DNA of 41,363 bases from Clostridia bacterium (lineage in GTDB: Bacteria > Bacillota > Clostridia > TANB77 > CAG-508), in NCBI GenBank assembly GCA_017434295.1, contig JAFRFO010000086.1, positions 1 through 41,363 of the forward strand, in the 5' to 3' direction. The translations under genes were made by a program, and so were the position numbers. The notes below the pieces were generated by a model. It worked only from the letters and a program-made list of their open reading frames with translations. It ran no database searches and was not told where the DNA came from. Every line of letters begins with the position of its first letter. Position 1 is the first letter of the stretch. Of the stretch, positions 7,432 through 15,990 are shown one piece after another.

Positions 7432-10239
7432 TTATAAATTTTTTAACATTTCCAATGTTGCATTAATATATCTATTACAGAATTTATTATTGACAACATC
7501 TTGATGTCCTTTTACTTCATTATTAGGTAATTCTATCAAGGCAGATTTTGCAGATTTATTATTATTTCCTAAGGTATTTCTAGCCCAACCAATTAAATAT
7601 CCTGTTCCATATCTTTCAATTGATGAACCATCATTTTCAGGAAATTGTTTTCCATAATAATAACATATATCTCTATCTCCAATTAATTGTTGTGTCCATC
7701 CATGTAAATCCACTAAAACTGTCTGTCCATTCTTTGACTTATTTTGTATCATAAAATCCCTTAAATATCTTGCCTCACAAGCCATAAATGGTTCGCTTCC
7801 TGTATAGTTTCTATTTGAGTAATTAGCTTGAAAGTTTGTAGACCAACATCGATTTAAATCTACTCCTTTTTCACCGTTACTTTTTAAAGTTGTTCTACCT
7901 GGTCCATTATTAGTATTTCCATGTTTTACTCCATCTACATTTATAGCTGGGAAAATATATATTGTCCATTTATCAGATAAATCATAATCTTCATTTTTTA
8001 TTAATGTTTGATAAAATTTTTCAGCAATTTCAACTAATTCATATCCATCGTGTGGCCATAAATCTTCGAATCCATGTATTGCAAATGTGGCAAAAAATAC
8101 ATTTGGTCCATTTCCATATTTAAAATATTCTAAATCGGAACCTTTTTTATCTCCAACTTCCTTCAGTCCTGTTCTACCATAATAACCTGAGTAATAACTA
8201 ATTTCATTTCTTACTTCAAAATTCTTGGTTTGATTATCTAATATTTTATTATTAAATATAGCTTGAACAGTTATAGTATGTTTTCCTATTGAATAATTTG
8301 AGAAATCAATTGTTATATAATATCCTGGATTTGTATTAAATATTGTATTATCTCCATATCCCTTTACATAGTTTATAACATCTTGTCGATAATTTCTTTG
8401 TATATTACTCAATTCTATATTATCTATTAGTACCTTAAGTGTTGTTTCCTTTTTGTTTGTCATAATCCATCCACTAACATTATGAACTTTATTGCTTATT
8501 TTATCTTTAGGTATATCTATACATACTCTTGCTTTTGCATCTTGTATTTTGGGTACTATTTTTATTTCTATTGCTTCTAGTATATATGCTAATCCTTGTG
8601 TTCCTGCAATTTCTCCATCATAGCACCAATTCTGCCAGCCTATATCCTGTATGTAAGTTCTATATAATATTGAGTATTCTTCTGTTCCCTCTAGTTTTAA
8701 TCTTATAGCCTCTAATCTTAAGCTTCTTCCTTCTGTTCCTGCAATTTCTCCATTTTCTTTCCATTCCTGCCATCCTACATCCTGAACATGTGCCATATAT
8801 TTTATACTTATATTTTCTGCATTTGCTAATTTTATTTTTATTCCTTCAATTCTTTTGCCTTTTCCTATAGTTCCTGATAATTCATCCGAATCAACAAAAT
8901 CTTGCCATCCAAAATCTTCTACATGGCTACTATAAGAAATTCCTATATCTTTAGTAACGAAAAAACTAATACTTGTTTTTACTATACTAACCCCTTCAGA
9001 AATATCACAAATTTTAACTGTATGTTTACCAGTTTCTAATTTACTAGTTTCTATTAAAACGGAAAAACCTGGTAATGGATTTTCTATTTCTTTTCCATAT
9101 TCTTTAACTAGATCTATAACATCTTGTCTTTTTTTATATTTTATTAAATCTTTATTGATAGCTTTTTCGCTATCATCGATAAAGATTTGTAGTTCATCAT
9201 TGCTAACATTAGACATTTTCCACCCAGATATTTCTAGTTTTTTGGGACTGTTGATTGTAAGTATCTCTTTTGGGGTATCAATGCATATTCTAGCTTTTTT
9301 TACCTTTTTTATAACCCTTATTTGTATTCCTTCAAGTCTTAGGCTTTGCCCGCTTGTACCAGCAATTTGTCCTTCATCTCTCCAATCTTGCCAACCTATA
9401 TTTTCAACATATACTCTATATTGTATTGAAAAATCGTTTGATTTTTCTAATTCCATTACTATAGCTTCTAGCCTTAAACTTCTTTCTGAGGTTCCAGCCA
9501 TTTCTCCATTTTGTTTCCAGTCTTGCCATCCTATATTTTGTACATGTACTTTATATTTTATTTTTAAATTCGGATAACTATTTAATTGTATTTTTATTGC
9601 TTCTAATCTTTTGCCTTGACCTTCTGTACCTGATAGTTCTCCGTCTTTTTTCCACTCTTGCCATCCTATATCTTGTATATGTGTTTGATATGTTATTCCG
9701 ATTTTTCTTTCAATTATTTTTATTTCTATAGCTTCAAGTCTAAGACTTTGTCCTTCTGTTCCTGCCATTTCTCCATCTTTTTTCCATGCCTGCCAACCAA
9801 TATCTTGCACATGCGCTCTATACTCAATGCTATACTTTTCTGTATTTTCTAATTCTATCTTTATTCCTTCTAATCTTTTATTTTCTCCTTCTGTTCCTGA
9901 TATTTCACCATCATATTTCCAATTTTGCCATCCTATATTTTGTATGTGTGTTTGATATTTTATTCTTATGCTGTCTGAATTATTTATTTTTATGGAAATG
10001 CCTTCTAGTCTTTTACTTTCTCCTTCTGTTCCAGATAATTCTCCGTTTTCTTTCCATTCTTGCCAGCCTATATCTTGTACATGTGTTTTATAAGATACTT
10101 CTACAATGTTTTCTTTATTAGTAATATCATTTTCACTTTCCTCATCTTTTAGGCTCGCATCCTTTGCCAACGCAAAATTTTGTATGATATATATTAAAAT
10201 GATAATAAATGTAAAAATATATAATACTTTTTTATTCAT
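7432..10239 (-). CDS. Secreted ChW-repeat protein with a C-terminal M14-family metallocarboxypeptidase domain (probable peptidoglycan stem-peptide hydrolase)
   Basis: 935 aa. Signal peptide, then six ChW repeats (consensus Y..HVQDIGWQ.W...GE.AGT.G...RLEAI.I.L), an Ig-like module, three more ChW repeats and a second paralogous Ig-like module. The M14 domain has HGFE (HxxE), GVDLNRCW (compare the GxDxNRNF motif) and DLHGW. Confidence 0.85.
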   Translation of the reverse strand: MNKKVLYIFTFIIILIYIIQNFALAKDASLKDEESENDITNKENIVEVSYKTHVQDIGWQEWKENGELSGTEGESKRLEGISIKINNSDSIRIKYQTHIQNIGWQNWKYDGEISGTEGENKRLEGIKIELENTEKYSIEYRAHVQDIGWQAWKKDGEMAGTEGQSLRLEAIEIKIIERKIGITYQTHIQDIGWQEWKKDGELSGTEGQGKRLEAIKIQLNSYPNLKIKYKVHVQNIGWQDWKQNGEMAGTSERSLRLEAIVMELEKSNDFSIQYRVYVENIGWQDWRDEGQIAGTSGQSLRLEGIQIRVIKKVKKARICIDTPKEILTINSPKKLEISGWKMSNVSNDELQIFIDDSEKAINKDLIKYKKRQDVIDLVKEYGKEIENPLPGFSVLIETSKLETGKHTVKICDISEGVSIVKTSISFFVTKDIGISYSSHVEDFGWQDFVDSDELSGTIGKGKRIEGIKIKLANAENISIKYMAHVQDVGWQEWKENGEIAGTEGRSLRLEAIRLKLEGTEEYSILYRTYIQDIGWQNWCYDGEIAGTQGLAYILEAIEIKIVPKIQDAKARVCIDIPKDKISNKVHNVSGWIMTNKKETTLKVLIDNIELSNIQRNYRQDVINYVKGYGDNTIFNTNPGYYITIDFSNYSIGKHTITVQAIFNNKILDNQTKNFEVRNEISYYSGYYGRTGLKEVGDKKGSDLEYFKYGNGPNVFFATFAIHGFEDLWPHDGYELVEIAEKFYQTLIKNEDYDLSDKWTIYIFPAINVDGVKHGNTNNGPGRTTLKSNGEKGVDLNRCWSTNFQANYSNRNYTGSEPFMACEARYLRDFMIQNKSKNGQTVLVDLHGWTQQLIGDRDICYYYGKQFPENDGSSIERYGTGYLIGWARNTLGNNNKSAKSALIELPNNEVKGHQDVVNNKFCNRYINATLEMLKNL
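8557..8943 (-). repeat. Coding tandem array of three ChW repeats
   Basis: Residues 433-561 of the 935-aa protein. The first unit is divergent (HVEDFGWQDF). Confidence 0.8.
9313..10101 (-). repeat. Coding tandem array of six ChW repeats (about 43-aa units)
   Basis: Residues 47-309 of the 935-aa protein. The GWQ.W and RLE(A/G)I anchors recur six times. Confidence 0.85.
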
Positions 10240-10266
10240 TTTATATAATATCCCTTTCTATTTTTC

Positions 10267-11040
10267 TTATAATTGTTCAGCAAAACCTTTTTCTAATTTT
10301 CTAAATATAGCATATCCTATACCAAAAAATGCTATAGCTAATACTAATGCTATACCTAAACTTACAAAATTTGGTGTTGTTTTTTCATAAAAAATTGCTC
10401 TATATCCTTCAATTAAATATGACATTGGATTTAGTTTTAATAGCCATTGAAATGATGCTGGTACATCATTTATTGAATATACTATTGGAGTTGCATAAAA
10501 CAATAATTGCATAAACACCCCCAATAAATGTATTAAATCTCTAAAATAAACTGATAAACTTGATACTATAAATGCTATTCCTAGTGATAAAATATATTGA
10601 ATTGCAAGTATAACAATAAACCATAGTATATTTATAGATAGTCCAATTCCACTAATTAAAACAAATCCTAATATTATTATTGTTGAAATTAAAAAATTAA
10701 CTCCCTCACTTGTAACTAATGATATAGGTAGTATCTCTCTTGGAAAATATACTTTTTTTAATATATTCCCATTATCAATTACAACTGCTGCTCCTCTTAA
10801 TACAACACTTGAAAAATATTGCCATGGAATTAATGCACAACACAAATAAACTGCATAATTCTCTATATTACTTCTTAATATTATTTGGAAAACTAAAGCA
10901 TATACTGCTATTTGTAAAAGTGGATTTATAAATGACCATAATACTCCTAAAAATGAATTTTTATATTTTCCACCAACGTCTTTTTTTATATTTGTTTTTA
11001 ATAATTCTCGATAATTATATAAATCTTTTGCAATTTTCAT
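10267..11040 (-). CDS. ABC-2 type polysaccharide / teichoic-acid export permease (TagG/Wzm-like)
   Basis: 257 aa, six predicted TM helices, ABC-2 pattern (KYKNSFLGVLWSFINPLL...). The start overlaps the ATPase stop by 1 nt (TAATG). Confidence 0.85.
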   Translation of the reverse strand: MKIAKDLYNYRELLKTNIKKDVGGKYKNSFLGVLWSFINPLLQIAVYALVFQIILRSNIENYAVYLCCALIPWQYFSSVVLRGAAVVIDNGNILKKVYFPREILPISLVTSEGVNFLISTIIILGFVLISGIGLSINILWFIVILAIQYILSLGIAFIVSSLSVYFRDLIHLLGVFMQLLFYATPIVYSINDVPASFQWLLKLNPMSYLIEGYRAIFYEKTTPNFVSLGIALVLAIAFFGIGYAIFRKLEKGFAEQL

Positions 11041-11807
11041 TACAATGTCTCCTTTAAATATTCTTCTATAACTTCTTCTGGATTTCCATCCATTTTTATT
11101 ACTCCATTACTTAACCATATGGTTCTTGTACAAAATTCCTTAACTGTATTCATGCTATGTGTAACAAAAACCATAGTTTTCCCCTGTTCTTTAAGTTCTT
11201 TCATTTTTGATATACACTTTTCTTGAAAGTGTTGATCTCCAACTGCTAATATTTCATCTACAAGTAAAATATCTGCATCAACATTGATTGCAACAGCAAA
11301 AGCTAATCTCATATACATTCCAGAAGAATACGTTCTTACAGGATTATCTATATAAGATCCTAATTCTGAAAATTCAATTATGTCATTTAATCTATCATCT
11401 ATTTGCTTTTTTGTTAAGCCAAAAATTGATGCATTAAAATATATATTCTCTCTACCTGAAAAATCCGGGTGAAAACCTGCCCCTAATTCTAAAAGAGATG
11501 TTAATTTCCCATATGTTTCTATTTTACCACTATTAGGATAAATAATTTTTGTCATTAATTTTAATAATGTTGATTTACCGCTTCCATTTACTCCTATTAA
11601 AGCAACTGCTTCTCCATTATTAATTGTTAAATTTATATCTTTTAATACAATTCTTTTTTCTTTTTTATTTCTATTCCAAAATAGAAGTTTTTCCTTTAAG
11701 CTATTAGCTTTGTCCATATATATATTAAAAGTTTTACTAACATCTTGTACAATTATTCTTTTCTCTTTGCTATTTTGCATTTTTGACTTTCCTTTCATTT
11801 TTAACAC
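11040..11807 (-). CDS. ABC exporter ATP-binding protein (TagH/Wzt-like, no C-terminal carbohydrate-binding extension)
   Basis: Walker A GVNGSGKST, signature YSSGMYMRLAFA, Walker B ILLVDE. The real start is probably the ATG at 11780 (MQNSKEK..), which has an AAAGGAAAG Shine-Dalgarno. Confidence 0.9.
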   Translation of the reverse strand: MLKMKGKSKMQNSKEKRIIVQDVSKTFNIYMDKANSLKEKLLFWNRNKKEKRIVLKDINLTINNGEAVALIGVNGSGKSTLLKLMTKIIYPNSGKIETYGKLTSLLELGAGFHPDFSGRENIYFNASIFGLTKKQIDDRLNDIIEFSELGSYIDNPVRTYSSGMYMRLAFAVAINVDADILLVDEILAVGDQHFQEKCISKMKELKEQGKTMVFVTHSMNTVKEFCTRTIWLSNGVIKMDGNPEEVIEEYLKETL

Positions 11808-11844
11808 ATATAATTATTACCTTTTTATCATATCATTAAACAAT

Positions 11845-11875
11845 AAAAAGTACAAGCTTTTCTTGTACTTTTTTT
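11845..11875 (-). terminator. Rho-independent terminator (copy 2 of the duplicated cassette)
   Basis: Same GTACAAG-CTTTT-CTTGTAC hairpin as at 6616-6634, flanked by A5 and T7 runs. Lies between the cadherin-like gene end (11883) and the ABC ATPase start. Confidence 0.6.
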
Positions 11876-11882
11876 ATGAATT

Positions 11883-12557
11883 TTAGTGTTTTCCTTTTGT
11901 TTTTCCTTTTAGTATTACTATTATGAAAAATAGTAATACTAAAATAATAACTATTATACTTCCAATTATAATAAACACATTTGAATTTGACTCTTTATTT
12001 TCTGCAATTTCTTCCTTTTTTGAATTTTCTGTTTCTATTGTGTTAGTATTTACTTCTTTTGTTTCTTCTATTTTATTTGATTCTATTAGAGTCTTATTCT
12101 CGTCTGTATTATTACTGCTGTTATCATTAGCAACTATTAGTTTTATGATATACGTTCTTGTTGAACCATTTTCAGCTGTTACATCTATTCTATATTCGTT
12201 TTTATCTTTATTGATTTTTATATTTCCACTTCCATTTATTTTTGCTTTATTGTTACTTGTACTTGCTTTAATATTTATTTCATTAGATTTTACTTCTTCT
12301 TTTATAGAATATTCTAATGTTTGTTTATCAAACTCTGGTGTTAATGTATAGCCTTCTATTTCAAGTTCTGATAGATAATTATCAGAAGATTTTATATCTG
12401 TTGAATTATGTTCTTTTTCTTGTTCTTTTATTTGTTCTTGGGCTTGTTTATCTGCTTCTTCATCTGTTAAATCAGCATAACTAGCAAATATACTTGTAAC
12501 ATTTGATAAAACAACTATTAAAGTAATAATCCAAATATTTAAAATTTTATTTTTCAT
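11883..12557 (-). CDS. Membrane-anchored cadherin-like beta-sandwich domain protein (paralogue in architecture of 2401..3000)
   Basis: 224 aa. Signal peptide, then LSELEIEGYTLTPEFDKQTLEYSI....INGSG..I...KNEYRIDVTAENGSTRTYIIKL. Then an Asn/Glu-rich linker, a C-terminal TM helix and a KGKTKGKH tail. Confidence 0.65.
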   Translation of the reverse strand: MKNKILNIWIITLIVVLSNVTSIFASYADLTDEEADKQAQEQIKEQEKEHNSTDIKSSDNYLSELEIEGYTLTPEFDKQTLEYSIKEEVKSNEINIKASTSNNKAKINGSGNIKINKDKNEYRIDVTAENGSTRTYIIKLIVANDNSSNNTDENKTLIESNKIEETKEVNTNTIETENSKKEEIAENKESNSNVFIIIGSIIVIILVLLFFIIVILKGKTKGKH

Positions 12558-12583
12558 TTTTCCATCCTTCTTAATTCTAATTT

Positions 12584-14833
12584 TTACCTACGAAGATACT
12601 GAGATGGCATAAATGCTTGCCTTCCATCTGATAGCATTACTCTAACCCAATTATAGCCATCAATATTATTATATAATCCTTCGTTTATAACAGTTAAACT
12701 TGTTCCATCGGCTAATGCTGTTATTCTATCTACCTTTGTTGTTGGTCCAACCCTAACATAGCAACCACTTCCATCAGCTGTTTTTACATATGCTGTATAA
12801 TTACAATTTATAACATCTGATACTTGTTGTAAATATGATCCTGACATAAATCCAACTGTTCCATCATTTAATACAACTTTTTGCCAGTTTGAGTTGATTC
12901 CTCTTTGAATTGATAATATTATTTCGCCATTTGAAACTAATCTTATAACACTGGAACTAGTATTGGCATCACTTCTTAAGTTTAAACCTCCATTTGCAAC
13001 TACTTTCACATTTATTGGTGTAGTTTCTGAATTATATGATGGCTGTGATGCATTATAACCTGCACTTTCGTATACTGGAATAATAAATGTAAAATTAGAG
13101 TCTATTTTGTTAGTATTTGAATACATACTTCTAAGGGTTCTTGCTTCACTATAAGCACCTAATAAGTTTTGCATATATTGATGAGTGTATAGTGAGGTTC
13201 CATTAGTTGAATCTATATCAAATTTGTTTTGATATAATGTATTTTGATAATTTTCTAACCAGTTCTTTTTACAAAAGCTTATTCCACCTTCTATGGCTTT
13301 TTGCATTGAGTCCCATCCATAAGATTTTGCTGTAGCTAATGCATTTGAATATATAGCATCATATCCATTGCCTGAAGCTCCAATATTGAATGGATTATAA
13401 TATGTTCTTCCATCTCCACCATTCATTCCTTTTCCAATTGTAGTTCCTGAATATCCTTGTTCTTGTATCAATCTAGCAATTATATAGTATGGATTTACTC
13501 TTGTATTAATACATGCATTGTTTATATCATTTGCATAGTTTTGTAAGAATGATCCATTTACTTTTGACTGTATTCCATCTAATGATACTGAATCAGATGA
13601 ATATGTATTTAAATCTAAGAACTGAAATACATTGGTATCATCTAAGAAATTTCTTGAATCCATATAGTATGCTATTGCTTTTTCTGATGCACAATACCAA
13701 CCACTGTCATATAATTTTGTTCCACATATACTGCATACCCATTCTCCTGAATAACTTGATGGAACTAAATTTCTTGAGTGTACTGCATATTCTCCTCTTA
13801 CCGCTTGATCTAATGTCAAACCAGTATATAACAGATTAAACTCCCAATTTGGATGTGCATTCATTAATTGTTGTATTTTTTCTTTATATCCTGGATATCG
13901 AGTTGTATCTATTGATAATGCATTTCCACTTTTTACAATTCTAATTTGAACTGCCTCTACTCTTAAGCATTGTCCTTCTGTTCCTGCTGTTTCTCCATTA
14001 GAAACCCAATTTTGCCAACCAATATCTTGTACATGTGCTCTATACTCGATTTTATAACCTGTAACACCTTCTAATTTAATTCTAATGGCTTCCATTCTCT
14101 TATTTTCCCCTGTTGTACCAGCAATTTCGCCATCTTGTTTCCAATCTTGCCATCCTATATTTTGTATATGGACTTGATATTTTATATGTTGTGAGGCTGT
14201 TTCATCTTCTAATTTAAGTTTTATTGCTTCCATTCTTAATGATTGTCCTTCGGTTCCTGCTGTTTCTCCACTTGCCACCCAATTTTGCCAACCTATATCT
14301 TGAACATGTGAACTATATTGCAAATCCGGTGTATTCTTTTGAAGTTTTATTTCAATTGCTTCTAATCTTAAACTTTGACCTTCTGTTCCTGCGATTTCGC
14401 CATCTTTTCTCCATTCTTGCCACCCTATGTCTTGCACATGTGTTCTATACATTATAGAATAATCTGATGTATTTTCTAAAACAATTTTAATAGCTTCTAA
14501 CCTTAAACTTTGGCCTTCTGTTCCTGCCATTTGTCCATTGCTTTTCCAGTCTTGCCACCCAATATTTTGTATATGTACTTGATATTTTATATTAATATTA
14601 TTATTGTTTAATTTTATATTTATTCCTTCTAATCTTAAGGCTAGATTTGTTGTTCCTGAAAGACTTCCATTGCTAACATAACCTTGCCACCCCACATCTT
14701 GTACATGAGATCTATAGCTTACAGTTAATCCTCCTCCACTAGATGTATTCTCCGCTTTTACTTGATAACTATACGAAAAAATAATATTAGTTATTAATAA
14801 CAAGATAAGTGCTACTGATACTATTTTTTTCAC
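12584..14833 (-). CDS. Secreted ChW-repeat peptidoglycan hydrolase: GH73-type N-acetylglucosaminidase plus two SH3-like domains
   Basis: 749 aa. Signal peptide and six ChW repeats. The central domain has IIARLIQEQGYSG (catalytic Glu region) and YYNPFNIGASG (compare the GH73 YNxFGI block). Two C-terminal SH3_3-like modules (..LNLRSDANTSS..WQKVVL.DGTVGFM..YL and ..CYVRVGPTT..WVRVMLSDGRQAFMPSQYL). Confidence 0.85.
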   Translation of the reverse strand: MKKIVSVALILLLITNIIFSYSYQVKAENTSSGGGLTVSYRSHVQDVGWQGYVSNGSLSGTTNLALRLEGINIKLNNNNINIKYQVHIQNIGWQDWKSNGQMAGTEGQSLRLEAIKIVLENTSDYSIMYRTHVQDIGWQEWRKDGEIAGTEGQSLRLEAIEIKLQKNTPDLQYSSHVQDIGWQNWVASGETAGTEGQSLRMEAIKLKLEDETASQHIKYQVHIQNIGWQDWKQDGEIAGTTGENKRMEAIRIKLEGVTGYKIEYRAHVQDIGWQNWVSNGETAGTEGQCLRVEAVQIRIVKSGNALSIDTTRYPGYKEKIQQLMNAHPNWEFNLLYTGLTLDQAVRGEYAVHSRNLVPSSYSGEWVCSICGTKLYDSGWYCASEKAIAYYMDSRNFLDDTNVFQFLDLNTYSSDSVSLDGIQSKVNGSFLQNYANDINNACINTRVNPYYIIARLIQEQGYSGTTIGKGMNGGDGRTYYNPFNIGASGNGYDAIYSNALATAKSYGWDSMQKAIEGGISFCKKNWLENYQNTLYQNKFDIDSTNGTSLYTHQYMQNLLGAYSEARTLRSMYSNTNKIDSNFTFIIPVYESAGYNASQPSYNSETTPINVKVVANGGLNLRSDANTSSSVIRLVSNGEIILSIQRGINSNWQKVVLNDGTVGFMSGSYLQQVSDVINCNYTAYVKTADGSGCYVRVGPTTKVDRITALADGTSLTVINEGLYNNIDGYNWVRVMLSDGRQAFMPSQYLRR
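13937..14725 (-). repeat. Coding tandem array of six ChW repeats
   Basis: Residues 37-299 of the 749-aa protein. Shares 15-30-nt near-identical DNA stretches (for example CCTTCTGTTCCTGC on the plus strand) with the arrays in 7432..10239. Confidence 0.85.
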
Positions 14834-14962
14834 TTGTATTCCCCCTTTTTTTCTTTAAGTATTTCTATTTAAAGTTTTCCATTTATATTTTATCATTTGT
14901 TTTTCCATTTTACAATATTTTTAGACATTTTTTTTATAACAATTTTTTACAGCACTAAAATA

Positions 14963-14997
14963 GAGTTTTTAAAAGCAATTATATCTTTTAAAAACTC
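14963..14997 (-). terminator. 13-bp AT-rich stem-loop after the GT2 gene
   Basis: GAGTTTTTAAAAG (14963-14975) / CTTTTAAAAACTC (14985-14997). In minus sense it is followed by TATTTT. Separates the glycosyltransferase block from the ChW-GH73 gene. Confidence 0.45.
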
Positions 14998-15009
14998 CTA
15001 TTTTTCAGT

Positions 15010-15990
15010 TTATATTTTACTATAAAACCATAATGCAATTTTTCCTAACTTCATTTTATTTAATATCATAAACATTTTGGTAACGATTCTTACACTAAGT
15101 ATATCTCCATCTGGTTTTAAAAAACCAATCATTTTATTTTTCTTATAATCTGGAAATTTTTCTTCTAACCAATTAAATAATTTATCATATTCTTCACTTA
15201 TTATTTTATATGGTAATTTTTTTGTAGAAAAAGTTAATAACCAAACGGCATACCTTGTAAAGTATGTTTTTATTAAATCATAGTTTTTGTCTAATAATTC
15301 ACTTTCTTTTAGCATTTTATAACAACTATTAAGCAATTCATAAACTTGCAAATTTCTAATATCTTTTTGCTTAGAATTAGAGACACTTGTTGTATTATAA
15401 AACCAGTTATATCCTATGTAATCTATTATTTTTATTTTATCACTAGCCAACAATGCTTTTAGATTAAAGTAAACATCTTCTCCTAAATTTACATTTAAAA
15501 ACTCAATATTATTCTTTATCAAAAATTCTTTTTTATATATTTTTGCCCATGGTGCCATAATTAGAAACTTATTCCATTGCTTATCTACTAATTTCATTTG
15601 TTTTAGTATTTTTTGATTATCATTAATTCTTCTATATCCACCTATTACAACATCATAATCATTTTCTTCAATTTCATTTATAAATGTTTCAATATAGTTT
15701 TTGTCAATATAATCATCATTATCAATAAACATTATATATTGTCTATTTGCTTTTTTTATACTTTCATTTCTTGTTATTGCAACTCCCTTATTATCTTGTT
15801 CAATAGCTATTATTTTGTTAGGATATTTTTTCTTATAATCATTTATTATTTCTTGTGATTTATCATTTGAACCGTCATTTACAATCATTATTTCATAATT
15901 TGAATATGTTTGATTTAAAATACTATCTATACATTTGCCAATAAATTTTTCTGAATTATATACTGGAACTATTAATGTTACCTTTTTCAT
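15010..15990 (-). CDS. Family 2 glycosyltransferase
   Basis: 326 aa. VTLIVPVYNSEKFIGKCIDSILNQTY..IMIVNDGSNDKS and a FIDNDD (DxD) motif. ATGA overlap with the upstream flippase gene. Confidence 0.85.
   Translation of the reverse strand: MKKVTLIVPVYNSEKFIGKCIDSILNQTYSNYEIMIVNDGSNDKSQEIINDYKKKYPNKIIAIEQDNKGVAITRNESIKKANRQYIMFIDNDDYIDKNYIETFINEIEENDYDVVIGGYRRINDNQKILKQMKLVDKQWNKFLIMAPWAKIYKKEFLIKNNIEFLNVNLGEDVYFNLKALLASDKIKIIDYIGYNWFYNTTSVSNSKQKDIRNLQVYELLNSCYKMLKESELLDKNYDLIKTYFTRYAVWLLTFSTKKLPYKIISEEYDKLFNWLEEKFPDYKKNKMIGFLKPDGDILSVRIVTKMFMILNKMKLGKIALWFYSKI

Noticed and set aside
8557-10101. Regular periodicity of about 130 nt that could be mistaken for a CRISPR array or a non-coding tandem repeat
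   Set aside because: The periodicity is in frame and encodes ChW protein repeats. The units are contiguous and imperfect, and lack the short identical repeat / unique spacer organisation of CRISPR. The same applies to 13937..14725.
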